Virus record (IMG/VR): IMGVR_UViG_3300042541_003180
Span: 21,312 to 85,311 of that record
Length of the DNA stretch: 64,000 bases
Reading direction: 5' to 3' (one strand)
Source of the DNA: a virus
Shown: one piece after another, positions 16,681 to 27,609 of the stretch
Layout: every line of letters begins with the position of its first letter
How positions within the stretch are numbered: the first letter of the stretch is position 1
Notes under the pieces: generated by a model
The model's input: the letters and a program-made list of their open reading frames with translations, nothing else
Database searches by the model: none
What the model was told of the DNA's origin: nothing
Made by a program: the position numbers and the translations under genes

Positions 16681-19392
16681 ATGAGATATTTGAATAAAAG
16701 AGAGGATTTTCTTAGAGAAAAAAACTCTAACTCTATAAATAAAATCAAGTCAATAAACGAAGAAGCCGAATTTAACAGTGGACCATTTGCAAATGACGTT
16801 GGCTGGAATGACTCTTTATTGGGTCGTTTGATTAATCATATTATTAGAAAAGCAAGAATTGCTAGAAAAGTTGGACAAATTAAAAAATTAATAGAAAGGT
16901 TACAAGAACAATTTGATTATCTTGTAGATCAATCTACTGTTTTCTCGTTAGGTGATGATAGTCAATTATTATTACTTAGAATAACACTTTCTTCTTTCTT
17001 TAAAGAGTTGATATTTGCGGTTGAGAATGGACGTCCAGTATCTGAATTAATTGGATTAACAGATGGTGCAATCAAAGTGGTTAATAATGTAAAGGATTTA
17101 GATAAGAAAGATGTTTTATTAGAGGAACTTAAAAAATTTAGAGAGTTTTTAAATCAATTTAAAGATGAAGAAGGTTCTGGTGATGATAGTGGAGAGAATT
17201 CTGAAAGTGGTTCTGGTGATGCAGATGCAGAAGGTATAGTTGCAAATAGTTATGGTTTAATGGTTAAGAATTTAAAAGCACTTGCTTTAATTTTGGCTAA
17301 CTATAAAAAAGTTAATACTGGGGCATCAACTGGTACAACTGGTAAACCAAAAGTAACATATATTACTAAAAATGGTGATAAATTAAATCTAATTCAAAGT
17401 GATAATACTAAAAATCCTAAAAAATTAGATATTGCTACTATTAGAAGTAAAAACCCTAAACTAAGTACATATGCAAAAGATGATCAATCACTTCCTTCTG
17501 GAATGGTTCTTCTTATGGAGGCAGCTGATTCATTTGGTACTGGTGGTTCTGCAAATAGAGGTAAAACTGTTGTTGGTGAAGATCACCTAACACAAGCATT
17601 CAATAAATTGAAAAAGGATATTGAGGTGTTAATTTCACCTAAAGAAAAAGGTATAGCGGTTGATTATACTTTAATAAATGATATTGCAACAAATTCAAAT
17701 AATACTGATAGTAAAAAACTTATAAAAAATCTTTATAATGAAGTAAATAGATATTTGGTTGGTGATAAGAAAGCAACAATACAAGAAAAAGATAAACTTT
17801 ATAACGAGGGTATTGAAATTTTAAATGATAAAAATAAGATTGTTATTATTGCTGAAAAAATTGCTAGATTTTCAAAAAGAGCTCTTCAATTTCAGAAAGA
17901 AAATTTATATGGTGGTTTAGGAGATTTAAAAGTTCCTTTACAAACATTTGTAACTACTTTACTAGAGATAAATAAAGTACCTATAGTTACTGCTAAAAAG
18001 GAATCTTTATTTAATTACTCTTCATTTTTAGAAGCAAAAAATATATTACCTTCTGGAACACCAAATTCTAATCCTGGTGCAACTGCGGCTGTTCCTCAAG
18101 GTGGTACTGCAAGTGGTGATGCACAAGGTAAAGAAGGTGATGATGCACAAGGTAAAGAAGGTGGTGATCAAAGTAAAAAAATCTTAGAGTTTTTTAATCA
18201 AACTTGTATAGAAGTTAGAGCATTTACTGCAACTGACGAAGAGATTACTAAATTAAGAGAAGAATTAGAAACCAAGAAGAAAGAGGGTGGTGAAGTGATT
18301 ATGAGTATGGATCCTATTATTGAAATAATGAATCTTTTTATCAAAGCTTATAAATTATATACAGTTCAAACAATTACAAAAAGAAGTGAGAAGGTTGATA
18401 CAAATACATTATCTGAATATACTTCATTTGGTGGTAATTCAAGTGATGGTGGTGATAGTGGTAGAAATGGTCCTTATAGAAATAATAAATTATTTGATGC
18501 TTGGGAAGAAGGTGTTAATGAAATAAGAAAAAATCGTAAGTATCAAGTTTTCTTTACTAAGAATGCTAAGTTAAGATTACCAACTGTACCTGATCCTAAT
18601 CCTGCTAAAGCAGATGATTGGGAAATTAAAGATAATGCTGGTATTAACTTTAATAGATTTATAAATGACATATTAGATGGTGAGAAGTTGTATAAAAGTG
18701 GATCTGAAAGAGGTAAAGTTGCAGTATTTGTTGATTCATATTTTGGAGAAGGTGCAGTAACTAAAAACGGTGAGGGTGCCATGGCAACATTAGATGAGAA
18801 GGATCTTACTGATGCTGCTACATTAGAAAATTCTAAACAGAAATTGAGTTTAGAATTAGGTAAAATTAATCCTGCTCTTAAAGGAGTTGATTTAAAGGCA
18901 AACACAATTTTTACAATTACTTATAAAAACGAAGATGATGTAGTTAAACAAAGAACATTTTTAATTCATGAAGTTTCAGGTGGTAATATATATATGTCAT
19001 ATACCTTAATTAATTATTATAAAAATAAGTACTTGAATAGAATGAATGGAACTCAAAAAGATATACTCAAAGGAACATTTCCTGTGAATTTGGCAAATGA
19101 TGGTACACTAGCTCCTAAATATACTATGGTTAAGGTAAATGAGTTTGATAACATTTTCAAACCAAATAATACAATAACTGTTTCTTCAGTTGATAATGAT
19201 GGTACAGTAACTTCACCTGTATTTAAAGGTATTTCTGAGATTTATTGGTTAGTTTATACAGAAAATAAAAAGATTTATACTATTGATGATACTACTGAAC
19301 CAAAATTAGCTAATCTTATTTTACAAGCAGGTAATAAACCTTGTAAAACAACAGTTAATTCTAAATCTGGTATTCAAATTAAAAAATCATAA
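16681..19392 (+). CDS. Large putative virion internal (poly)protein with LysM-like domain
   Basis: MRYLNKREDFLRE N-terminus; LysM-like YITKNGDKL...IATIRSKNPKL...LPSGMVL; internal LFNYSSFLEA; 24-bp tandem repeat (DAQGKEG)x2 near 18118-18165. Confidence 0.55.
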   Translation: MRYLNKREDFLREKNSNSINKIKSINEEAEFNSGPFANDVGWNDSLLGRLINHIIRKARIARKVGQIKKLIERLQEQFDYLVDQSTVFSLGDDSQLLLLRITLSSFFKELIFAVENGRPVSELIGLTDGAIKVVNNVKDLDKKDVLLEELKKFREFLNQFKDEEGSGDDSGENSESGSGDADAEGIVANSYGLMVKNLKALALILANYKKVNTGASTGTTGKPKVTYITKNGDKLNLIQSDNTKNPKKLDIATIRSKNPKLSTYAKDDQSLPSGMVLLMEAADSFGTGGSANRGKTVVGEDHLTQAFNKLKKDIEVLISPKEKGIAVDYTLINDIATNSNNTDSKKLIKNLYNEVNRYLVGDKKATIQEKDKLYNEGIEILNDKNKIVIIAEKIARFSKRALQFQKENLYGGLGDLKVPLQTFVTTLLEINKVPIVTAKKESLFNYSSFLEAKNILPSGTPNSNPGATAAVPQGGTASGDAQGKEGDDAQGKEGGDQSKKILEFFNQTCIEVRAFTATDEEITKLREELETKKKEGGEVIMSMDPIIEIMNLFIKAYKLYTVQTITKRSEKVDTNTLSEYTSFGGNSSDGGDSGRNGPYRNNKLFDAWEEGVNEIRKNRKYQVFFTKNAKLRLPTVPDPNPAKADDWEIKDNAGINFNRFINDILDGEKLYKSGSERGKVAVFVDSYFGEGAVTKNGEGAMATLDEKDLTDAATLENSKQKLSLELGKINPALKGVDLKANTIFTITYKNEDDVVKQRTFLIHEVSGGNIYMSYTLINYYKNKYLNRMNGTQKDILKGTFPVNLANDGTLAPKYTMVKVNEFDNIFKPNNTITVSSVDNDGTVTSPVFKGISEIYWLVYTENKKIYTIDDTTEPKLANLILQAGNKPCKTTVNSKSGIQIKKS

Positions 19393-19922
19393 TGAGACAT
19401 TTAAAGAATTATAAGTTATTTTTAGAAGCAGATGGTATAAGTATTCCAATTGAACAAACTGATCCAGTTGATATTAAGATGAATAAACAAAGTATGGAAA
19501 CTCTTAGTAAACAACTAGCTGATTATAAAACTAAACGACCTCAAATTGATAATGTTTACAAAAACATTAAAGATTCAGTTCAATTAGAAAGAGAATTGGT
19601 TAGAATATTAGGAGATCAAGCAATTCAAAATGGTCCTGATAGAAATCCATTTCTTGTTGAATATTCAACTTTAGCTAGAATGCAAAGTGATTTATTAAAA
19701 ATGGAACAAGAAAATAAAAATTATCAAGAAGAGCTAAAATTATCTACTGATGCTACTACAAAACAAGCTGTTAATACAAAGATACAAGAGTTGGTACAGA
19801 AAGTTAATAAAACAAAGACTGATTTTACGTTCGCTGAGAAGAAGCACAAAGATAATTTAGCTAAAATTGAAAAGGATATGAAAGAAAATATCACAAAAAT
19901 ATCTAATGTTAATCAAAAATAG
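19392..19922 (+). CDS. CTS-like coiled-coil protein
   Basis: MRHLKNYKLFLE-A; translationally coupled to the upstream gene. Confidence 0.6.
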   Translation: MRHLKNYKLFLEADGISIPIEQTDPVDIKMNKQSMETLSKQLADYKTKRPQIDNVYKNIKDSVQLERELVRILGDQAIQNGPDRNPFLVEYSTLARMQSDLLKMEQENKNYQEELKLSTDATTKQAVNTKIQELVQKVNKTKTDFTFAEKKHKDNLAKIEKDMKENITKISNVNQK

Positions 19923-19944
19923 AAAAAATATGATTTTTTTCTTT

Positions 19945-19953
19945 TAATATATA
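19945..19953 (+). promoter_or_regulatory. Putative late promoter TAATATATA of tail sheath gene
   Basis: Exact motif 29 nt upstream of the sheath ATG; recurs upstream of most structural genes. Confidence 0.75.
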
Positions 19954-19981
19954 CATTAAACTAAAAAATTAAAATAAAAAT

Positions 19982-22900
19982 ATGGCAATTCAAATTGGAA
20001 AATACAAAAGACCTGGTATCTTCATCGAAGAAATTGACAAGTCAGTATTCAGCACACCTACAGTAGAAGGAATAACTAACCTTATAATAGGAGTTTCTAA
20101 AAAAGGACCTGTTAATACACCGATTAGATTAACAACGGTTAACGACTTAGAAGCGGTTTATGGTCAATTAGATAGAAACTTGGAAAGAAAAGGATCTTTT
20201 TTCCACAGAACTGTTTCTAAAATGTTAGAATCATCTCCTGTTTTTGCGATGAACGTGTTATTAACGGATGATACATTAGATGTTATTGAGTATAAATCAT
20301 TATCTTCTTCTGCACGTTATCTTAATGATATTAAAAGAGAAGGTCCTTATAGAAGATTCTTTGATACAACTGGTTTCTGGAAGAGAGATACTGAGGCTTT
20401 CATTAATCTAACAAAAAATAACTCTGGTTATGCAGAAAGAGCATTAAGCTTTACTAACTTATCAGACAGATACGTTACTGTATTTGCTGTTAAAACACAA
20501 GTTAGTGGATTTGATAGAACATTACTTGAATGGTATGGTTCTATTGAGAAACTACCACCTTATGTTAATGCTTCAGATTATGCATCTGACTATATGGTTG
20601 ACGTGGTTGTAATCGCAGGTGACTGGTCAGATTACAGAAACTTAGCTGTAGATAACAGATGGGGTCAATATTTTAATTCTGATGGTTTAATTAAAGGTGA
20701 ATTAAGAAACTTTGCAAATGATAGAAATGTTACTTTGTTAGCATATTACGAAGGATTATCATTAATTCCTTACTTTAGAGATTTAGAAGGAAGAAATATC
20801 TTTATTGAAACTACGATTAACAGAGGTACTGATACAACTGGTTTATATTGTGCATTCAATGCTGATTTAGTTGAAGAAGATTACTATACAGGTTTAGTTG
20901 ACCTTATCGGTGGTACTTTAATTGACTCTGCTAATCCATTAATAACACAACAAAAAGAAATTGATTTCTTATCATATAAAGAAACTATTATTGAATCAGT
21001 TCCATTTACTGCAACTCCTTTGGATTTACCAGGGAACGTTGTTGCATTATTTGGTACAGTATCAAATAATAATAGTGGTTTAGAAGGTCAAATGCCACAC
21101 GCTTTTGGTAATCCAAAAGAAACAGGTGTTGTTGTTCATCACTCTAATAGAACTGCTTGGTTTACAGAAGGTGCCGTAGTTGGTGTCAATCTTGCTACTG
21201 GTGCTAATGTAGATACAGATGGACATTTTAATCATACAAAAACTGGTTCAGGTACATCATCTATATTAAATGTTAAATATACTTCAACTAACTTTATTGA
21301 TAATGGATTTGATGTAAGTCCTTACGCTGTAATTGGTGGTCAGTATATTCCTGTTACATATGGTACATATTCATTTAATGTTAAATCTACTGACTTTACA
21401 TACTCTACGTCTGTAGCAACTTACTCAACAGTATTCACATTAAATACAAGTGGAGTTATCTCTAGTGTTACTAGTTATACACCAAATGTTAGACCAAGTG
21501 TATCAACATCTGATATAGTATTGGGTTATATTTCATATAATGTTATAAATGGTGGTTTCTCTGGAACGGCATCATTTCAAGAGATTACTATTGCATCAGA
21601 CCCTACACTAGAAGAATATGTTATTCCTGGTTATGGAGATGATGTATATTTCCAAGCAGGTACAACACCATACCAAGATTTAACTTATGGTACTAATTCA
21701 ACAGTACATGATTATTATGTTTATGATTTAAGTAACGAGGTTGGTTATTCACAAGGTGATGTTAGATTGGTGTTCTGGGGAACAGCAGGATCTGATGTTA
21801 AAAACTATGTACAGTTTAGAAAACTTAAAATGTTTAATAAAATTACTGAGTTTTTAGGTACTTATAAAGATCAAGCAACTATGATTATTAGTGTAGATGG
21901 TTCTGGTAAAGAAGTTAAGAAAAGTTTAGCTTCTATGACAGTTACTGAAGTAGTAACTTCTTCAACACAAAATAAATCTTTGGTATTAAAAACTGGATTA
22001 TCAAATGTTTCTTATATCTCTGGTGCAAATGGTGGTGTATTTAAAATCTATAAAAACGATAATGAGTTTATTTTAGGTAGTGATAAATTACGTACTAAAG
22101 ATGAACCTGCAAATACTAATATTGGTGTTGTTGGTAAGTATTCAACTTTCTACCAAAAATACTTTAATGGTTTAATTAGTGATGGTGATTATTTCTATGC
22201 AAATAGATTATTAACTACTGCAGATAAAGATACATTGAACGATGAGTTTGTAGATGGTGGTGGTAATTTTACAACTACTATAAATGTTACATTTGTTAAT
22301 GGTGAGGCAACTCCTGATCCTACAGTAATTAATATTACAAGTCCTTATGCAGGATATAACTATGTTGTATTTGAAACTCCAAGTGTCAGTGCTTCAACTG
22401 CAGTAAGTAATTTAGATTTACAAATTTTAGATCAAATTTTATTCCCTGTATCACTTAATAATACTACTTCATTAACAATACAACAAAATAGTGTTAATTC
22501 TTCACAGGGTGCTGTTGCTTTAGCAACTGCTTTAGGGTTTACCGGTAGTAATTTCTTCGCATATGAGGTAGCAGAGAATGTTACTTACGAAGAATTAACA
22601 GGAGTTACTATGATGTATAATACATTAGAAAGTGCTGCAATGAAGTCTTATTTACAAATGTTTGTAGATTTAGATGGTTTATTAGAAGTTTCATTTACTA
22701 GTGATGATTTAATATCAATTAATTCAATTGAACCAGTTGCTAACTATACATTTAATGTTCAATCTGAATTAAGTAACTTAAAACAAACACTTGAGATTGA
22801 ATTACCTACTGGATATACTCAAGTACAAAACAAAATATTAGTTAATGCATCAAGATATAGTGAAGTAAAAGTTGGTGATTTCTTATTAGCAGATAATAGT

Positions 22901-24148
22901 GATTTCACTCCTGCATTAGGACAAACAAACCTAAGAAACTTAACAAGAATCTTGAGTAAAAGACAATATGCTGGTGATACTAGTTTAACTGAGATTACTT
23001 GTGATGCTAAAATCTTAAAAACATCATATACTAATCCTCTAACTGGTTTATTAGATTATCAAACAACAAGATACTCAACAGTTGACCAATATACAACGAC
23101 ATATAAAGGTATTTCTTTAAAAGGATTTAGAGTTAGACAAGCTTCTTTACCTGATGGTACTGAAACTAAACAAAATCAAATCTTAAACTTGATTGCAAAA
23201 GGAACACCATTGTTCAAAGCGTTAATTAATAAAGAAGCATTTGACTTTAGATATTTAGTTGACTCATTTGGTTTAGGTTTAACTGAAAGATCAAAACAAC
23301 AATTAGTAGATATTTGTGGTGAGAGATTGAATGTATTTGGTTTCATTAATATGCCATCATTAAAATCATTCAAAAACTCTTCATCTCCAAGTTTCGTAAA
23401 CACAGAAGGAGTATTACAAGTAGATTTTATTGCTAAAGGTGGAGACCCAGAAAGTAATCCTGCATTCCTTTACTCATTCGGTGATGGAAATGGAGTATCA
23501 ACAGTTGGTTATTTCACTCCTTATGTAACAGTAAATGATAATGGTAGACCATTAGATTTTCCACCTGCTGCATATGTTGCGACAACTTATATGAGAAAAC
23601 ATACTTCTATTGTAAGTAATATTACACCTTGGACAATTGCTGCTGGTGTTACAAATGGTAGAGTTACTAATATTGCTGGTGTTGAACACGATTTCAACCC
23701 AACAGATATTGAGTTCTTAAACCAAGCACAAATGAACCCAATTGTATTGAAAAGAAACAGAGGATATGTAATTGAGACTGAGAATACTGCATTAACAATC
23801 TACAAATCAGCATTATCTTTAATCCACGTGAGAGAAGTATTAGTTGAGTTAGAAAGAGAACTTGCTGCAATGTTGCTTGATTACCAATGGAAGTTTAATA
23901 CTCCTGATGTTAGAGCTGAAATTAAATTAAGAGCTGATGTTATTTGTGAAACTTATGTAAACAAAAATGGTTTATATAACTACTTCAACAAAATGGATGA
24001 CGAGAATAATACAGTTGATATTATCGATAGTCAAATTGGAGTTCTTGATACTTATGTAGAACCAATCAAAGGTATGGGTATCATTGTAAACAATGTTACA
24101 ATTTTAAGAACTGGTGCTATTGCAGCTGGTGGTTTCATCAACGCATAA
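19982..24148 (+). CDS. gp18: Contractile tail sheath protein (gp18-like) with large central insertion
   Basis: N-terminal RPGIFIEEIDKS, GVSKKGPVNTP; C-terminal PWTIAAGVTNG, NPIVLKR, SALSLIHVRE, FNTPDVR, MDDENNT, YVEPIKG. Confidence 0.92.
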   Translation: MAIQIGKYKRPGIFIEEIDKSVFSTPTVEGITNLIIGVSKKGPVNTPIRLTTVNDLEAVYGQLDRNLERKGSFFHRTVSKMLESSPVFAMNVLLTDDTLDVIEYKSLSSSARYLNDIKREGPYRRFFDTTGFWKRDTEAFINLTKNNSGYAERALSFTNLSDRYVTVFAVKTQVSGFDRTLLEWYGSIEKLPPYVNASDYASDYMVDVVVIAGDWSDYRNLAVDNRWGQYFNSDGLIKGELRNFANDRNVTLLAYYEGLSLIPYFRDLEGRNIFIETTINRGTDTTGLYCAFNADLVEEDYYTGLVDLIGGTLIDSANPLITQQKEIDFLSYKETIIESVPFTATPLDLPGNVVALFGTVSNNNSGLEGQMPHAFGNPKETGVVVHHSNRTAWFTEGAVVGVNLATGANVDTDGHFNHTKTGSGTSSILNVKYTSTNFIDNGFDVSPYAVIGGQYIPVTYGTYSFNVKSTDFTYSTSVATYSTVFTLNTSGVISSVTSYTPNVRPSVSTSDIVLGYISYNVINGGFSGTASFQEITIASDPTLEEYVIPGYGDDVYFQAGTTPYQDLTYGTNSTVHDYYVYDLSNEVGYSQGDVRLVFWGTAGSDVKNYVQFRKLKMFNKITEFLGTYKDQATMIISVDGSGKEVKKSLASMTVTEVVTSSTQNKSLVLKTGLSNVSYISGANGGVFKIYKNDNEFILGSDKLRTKDEPANTNIGVVGKYSTFYQKYFNGLISDGDYFYANRLLTTADKDTLNDEFVDGGGNFTTTINVTFVNGEATPDPTVINITSPYAGYNYVVFETPSVSASTAVSNLDLQILDQILFPVSLNNTTSLTIQQNSVNSSQGAVALATALGFTGSNFFAYEVAENVTYEELTGVTMMYNTLESAAMKSYLQMFVDLDGLLEVSFTSDDLISINSIEPVANYTFNVQSELSNLKQTLEIELPTGYTQVQNKILVNASRYSEVKVGDFLLADNSDFTPALGQTNLRNLTRILSKRQYAGDTSLTEITCDAKILKTSYTNPLTGLLDYQTTRYSTVDQYTTTYKGISLKGFRVRQASLPDGTETKQNQILNLIAKGTPLFKALINKEAFDFRYLVDSFGLGLTERSKQQLVDICGERLNVFGFINMPSLKSFKNSSSPSFVNTEGVLQVDFIAKGGDPESNPAFLYSFGDGNGVSTVGYFTPYVTVNDNGRPLDFPPAAYVATTYMRKHTSIVSNITPWTIAAGVTNGRVTNIAGVEHDFNPTDIEFLNQAQMNPIVLKRNRGYVIETENTALTIYKSALSLIHVREVLVELERELAAMLLDYQWKFNTPDVRAEIKLRADVICETYVNKNGLYNYFNKMDDENNTVDIIDSQIGVLDTYVEPIKGMGIIVNNVTILRTGAIAAGGFINA

Positions 24149-24164
24149 TCACTTAATAAATATT

Positions 24165-24195
24165 AAAAACCCTTAGAGAAATCTAAGGGTTTTTT
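24165..24195. terminator. Intrinsic terminator
   Basis: aaaaacccttaga-gaaa-tctaagggtttttt; reverse complement of the one at 37039. Confidence 0.85.
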
Positions 24196-24275
24196 ATTTT
24201 AAACCAATTTGTTATTATTTAATATAATAGAGACATTGATTATGTCAATATATAAATAAAAAATAATAATTAATT

Positions 24276-25217
24276 ATGTCAGATACAAATAAAGATATGA
24301 GCGAAGAAGATTACTTAATGAGACACTTAGGTGATATAGAAGCTGGTAAAAAAAATACAAACACATTTTCTGATAATGTTGCGGAACCTGTTATTGAAAG
24401 TACACGAACAAGTGACTTACAATACTTAACATTTGATGTTAGAGACTTTCCTTGTGGTAAATTCTATCCTGTTGGAACTATGTTTATGGTTAGAGCTGCA
24501 CAAGTTAGAGAAATTCAAGCTTACTCTATGGTAGATGATAATAACTTCTATGATGTTGTTGAGAAGATGAATGATATGTTACAAGCTTGTGTAAGAATTA
24601 AATATACTGATGGTAGAGTTGGTTCTTTCTTAGAAGTAAAAGATCAAGATAGAATTTACTTAATCTTTTTAATTAGAGAATTAACATTCCAACAAGGTAA
24701 TTCATTATCTGCAAATGCAAAATGTACTTGTGGACAGGATGTTGCAATTGAATTAAAAAGAGAAAACTTTAGATTTCATAAAATAGATGAGAAATTGGAT
24801 AGATTCTATTCACCTGCATCAAATTCGTTCTCATTTAAAACAATTAATGGAGGTCAGTTTGAAGTTACTCCACCAAATATAGGATTACAAAAAGCATTTA
24901 CTGATTATATTATCAAAGAAAATAATGAGAAAAAAGCTCCTAATTTATCTTTCTTAAAAATCATTCCATTTATGTTAAATGGAAGAACATCTATTACTAT
25001 GGATGGTATTAAAGCAAAGTTAACAGAGTTTGAACAAATGGATGATATTTCATTCCAGTTCTTAAATGCTGCAATCGGTAAAATGACTTTTGGAATCGAA
25101 AAATTAGGTAAGATTTGTAGTTGTGGTGAGGAGGTTACCACAGAAATGCAGTTTCCCAACGGAACGTCAGGTATTTTCGTTATTCATGATGCCTTTGAAG
25201 CATATATTAAAGAATAA
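24276..25217 (+). CDS. Baseplate hub assembly protein (gp26-like)
   Basis: PCGKFYP, DRIYLIFLIRELTF, CTCG and CSCG zinc motifs; position between sheath and tube. Confidence 0.7.
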   Translation: MSDTNKDMSEEDYLMRHLGDIEAGKKNTNTFSDNVAEPVIESTRTSDLQYLTFDVRDFPCGKFYPVGTMFMVRAAQVREIQAYSMVDDNNFYDVVEKMNDMLQACVRIKYTDGRVGSFLEVKDQDRIYLIFLIRELTFQQGNSLSANAKCTCGQDVAIELKRENFRFHKIDEKLDRFYSPASNSFSFKTINGGQFEVTPPNIGLQKAFTDYIIKENNEKKAPNLSFLKIIPFMLNGRTSITMDGIKAKLTEFEQMDDISFQFLNAAIGKMTFGIEKLGKICSCGEEVTTEMQFPNGTSGIFVIHDAFEAYIKE

Positions 25218-25440
25218 ATTATTGCTTCAAAAACACTTCCATACACAAGAATCCGCAATGGATTTGTGGCCTTTTTGGATGCTTGAAGAAAACATTAAAT
25301 TAGTTAATGAAATTCTTGAAGAAGAAGATAGTAATAAGAAGAAGGAAGAAGAATCTCAAAGAGGTTCAATGCCAGATACGAGTTCTATGATGAGAAATGC
25401 TCAGAGTATGACAAACAATATGCAAATGCCAAAATTCTAA
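25186..25440 (+). CDS. Baseplate hub assembly catalyst (gp51-like); start reassigned to 25186
   Basis: MMPLKHILKNKLLLQKHFH...MDLWPFWMLEENIKLV follows the gp51 pattern; overlaps the gp26-like 3' end. Confidence 0.65.
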   Translation: MMPLKHILKNKLLLQKHFHTQESAMDLWPFWMLEENIKLVNEILEEEDSNKKKEEESQRGSMPDTSSMMRNAQSMTNNMQMPKF

Positions 25441-25443
25441 AAT

Positions 25444-25474
25444 AAAAAAAACTCATCGAAAGATGAGTTTTTTA
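25444..25474. terminator. Bidirectional intrinsic terminator
   Basis: aaaaaaactcatc-gaaa-gatgagttttttt. Confidence 0.85.
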
Positions 25475-25491
25475 TTTTTATAAAGTTCTTA

Positions 25492-26115
25492 TTAATAACC
25501 TGAAACCAACGGTGGGCTGATTGTAAAGTTGTTATCAATATACTCATCAATGAAGTAATCATATGTGAAATCTGCTAATACAGTTTCAATGATGTTATTT
25601 TGTGACCAGTCTAAGTCATAACCTTGTAATTTAGTTATTTGACAGTTTTGGAATGTTACTCTTCTTAATACAACACCTTTTTTATCGTGTTGATTAACAA
25701 TAATAGTACCAATAATATCACTCTTATAACTAAGAGCTCCATTTTGAGAGTTAAATACTAAGTCATACCAAGCTTTCATTGTATTCCAATTCTCCATAGA
25801 TCCTTGTTGATTAACATTTACCTGTACAGGTATTTGTATAGTCCCAGAAGTTTTGGTAGGAGTTGTAACGAACTCTCTTGTAGAGTATTTGAACCTTTGT
25901 TGTTTAGTGGCAACACCTTCAAACTCAGTTAAGTTTAAAGAAACTTTAGTTGCATTTTGTAACAACAAGATCGGGTCTCTACCTTGTGCTTGTAAGATAA
26001 CAGGTAATATAAATGTTATCTCAAATAGGTTTAAATATACTACTTCATCTGGTAGTGTACCTGGCCCCCCAGGTGAACCTACTCCTTGTAATTGGGTAAA
26101 GTGAGGTAATGGCAT
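25492..26115 (-). CDS. gp19: Tail tube protein (gp19-like)
   Basis: NLFEITF, MKAWYDLVFNSQNG, YKSDIIG, QHDKKG, LDWS, FTYDYF; two TAATATATA upstream (26165, 26197). Confidence 0.8.
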   Translation of the reverse strand: MPLPHFTQLQGVGSPGGPGTLPDEVVYLNLFEITFILPVILQAQGRDPILLLQNATKVSLNLTEFEGVATKQQRFKYSTREFVTTPTKTSGTIQIPVQVNVNQQGSMENWNTMKAWYDLVFNSQNGALSYKSDIIGTIIVNQHDKKGVVLRRVTFQNCQITKLQGYDLDWSQNNIIETVLADFTYDYFIDEYIDNNFTISPPLVSGY

Positions 26116-26273
26116 GTCTTTTTTAATTATTTTTTGTTTAACTTGATTAACAAATTATTAAAATTATATATTAATCTTTTGGTATTCTCTATGATGTATA
26201 TATTATAATAAAAAAGTGATTTTTTTCTAACTTTGTAGATAAATATCATATAAATAAAAAAGAATTTTTATTA

Positions 26274-27392
26274 ATGAGAGTTTTTATGATAACTGACACT
26301 CATTTCGGTATTTATCTTAATAATTTAGATAAGTGGTTGAATATGATGGAGTCAACATTTTATGAGTTTGTTATTCCTTACTTAAAAGAAAATGTAAAAG
26401 AAGGTGATGTTCTAATACACCTTGGTGATTTATTTGATAATAGAACTAGTTTACCTATTATTGTTTTAAATAAGGTAGAGAAGATACTTAGAGAACTAGC
26501 CGAAATTCTTCCTGTTCATATAATGGTTGGAAATCATGATCTTTGGAATAAAGGATCTAATGAAGTAAACTCTGTTAGATTATATGGTTATATCGATAAC
26601 ATTACAGTATATGAAGAAACGACAACATTAGATTTAGGTGGTCAAAGAATCGTTTTAATGCCTTGGGTTGAGAAACGTTTAGATATGGTAAATGAGATTA
26701 GATCTAATCAAGGAGATTATCTAATGTGTCACTCTGATTTGAATGGATGTAAAATGCACCTTAATTCAGTTGCTCATAGAAACGCTGATAAGATTGATGT
26801 AGAAGATTTTAAGTCATATAAGAGAGCTTTTTCTGGTCACATACATATTCGTCAAGAGAATAGTAATTTCACGTTTATAGGATCTTTATATCAAATGGAT
26901 AGAAATGATTATGGTGATCAAAAGGGAATAACAATGTTAGATCTATCTGATGATGAAGTTAGCTTTATTCCAAATACATATTCACCCGTATTCAGAAAAT
27001 ATAATGTTATTTCAGAAACTGATGTTGATGGATTAGATGCTTTAAGAAATTCAAAAGATTATATTGATTTGTCTATTTCAAATAACTTACTTATTAGTAA
27101 TAGAAAATTAAGAAGAAAATTAGAAGTTCTATTGGAAAATAGTGGATTCTCTTCAGTTGATTATATTGATGATATAGTTACTAAGGTTGACGAATCAGTT
27201 GACTCAACACCTGATGAAGAATTTGATGAAGAAAAATTAGACATTTCTATACAACTTGATTATGCCGATTATATAAAAGAGTATATAAATAAACAAAAGT
27301 ATGATAATGATACTTTTAGAGAAGGAGTGGTAACTGAATATGATGAGGTTATTAGAATTTATAACGAGAACTATAGTTCTAAAAAAGATTAA
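26274..27392 (+). CDS. gp47: Recombination endonuclease subunit (gp47/Mre11/SbcD)
   Basis: ITDTHFG, HLGDLFD, GNHD, MPW, FSGHIH metallophosphoesterase motifs. Confidence 0.92.
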   Translation: MRVFMITDTHFGIYLNNLDKWLNMMESTFYEFVIPYLKENVKEGDVLIHLGDLFDNRTSLPIIVLNKVEKILRELAEILPVHIMVGNHDLWNKGSNEVNSVRLYGYIDNITVYEETTTLDLGGQRIVLMPWVEKRLDMVNEIRSNQGDYLMCHSDLNGCKMHLNSVAHRNADKIDVEDFKSYKRAFSGHIHIRQENSNFTFIGSLYQMDRNDYGDQKGITMLDLSDDEVSFIPNTYSPVFRKYNVISETDVDGLDALRNSKDYIDLSISNNLLISNRKLRRKLEVLLENSGFSSVDYIDDIVTKVDESVDSTPDEEFDEEKLDISIQLDYADYIKEYINKQKYDNDTFREGVVTEYDEVIRIYNENYSSKKD

Positions 27393-27394
27393 AA

Positions 27395-27595
27395 ATGAGA
27401 GCAGAAAACGTATTTGAAAGAATTACAAATGGAATACTATACAATCGTAATTTAAAAGTTTATACAAAGGATTATTTACAAGGAATTGTAATAGAACTTG
27501 AACAACAAGAGCAGTTTGAGAAATGTATAGAACTAAATGATTTTATAAGTAAAAGATTTAGTCACGAACTAAATTACAAAAACCCTATTAAATAA
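27395..27595 (+). CDS. Small protein with UVR-like helix
   Basis: EQQEQFEKCIELNDFI. Confidence 0.55.
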   Translation: MRAENVFERITNGILYNRNLKVYTKDYLQGIVIELEQQEQFEKCIELNDFISKRFSHELNYKNPIK

Positions 27596-27605
27596 TAGGG
27601 TTTTT
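27578..27605. terminator. Bidirectional intrinsic terminator
   Basis: aaaaaccctatta-aa-taatagggttttt. Confidence 0.8.
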
Positions 27606-27609
27606 ATTT

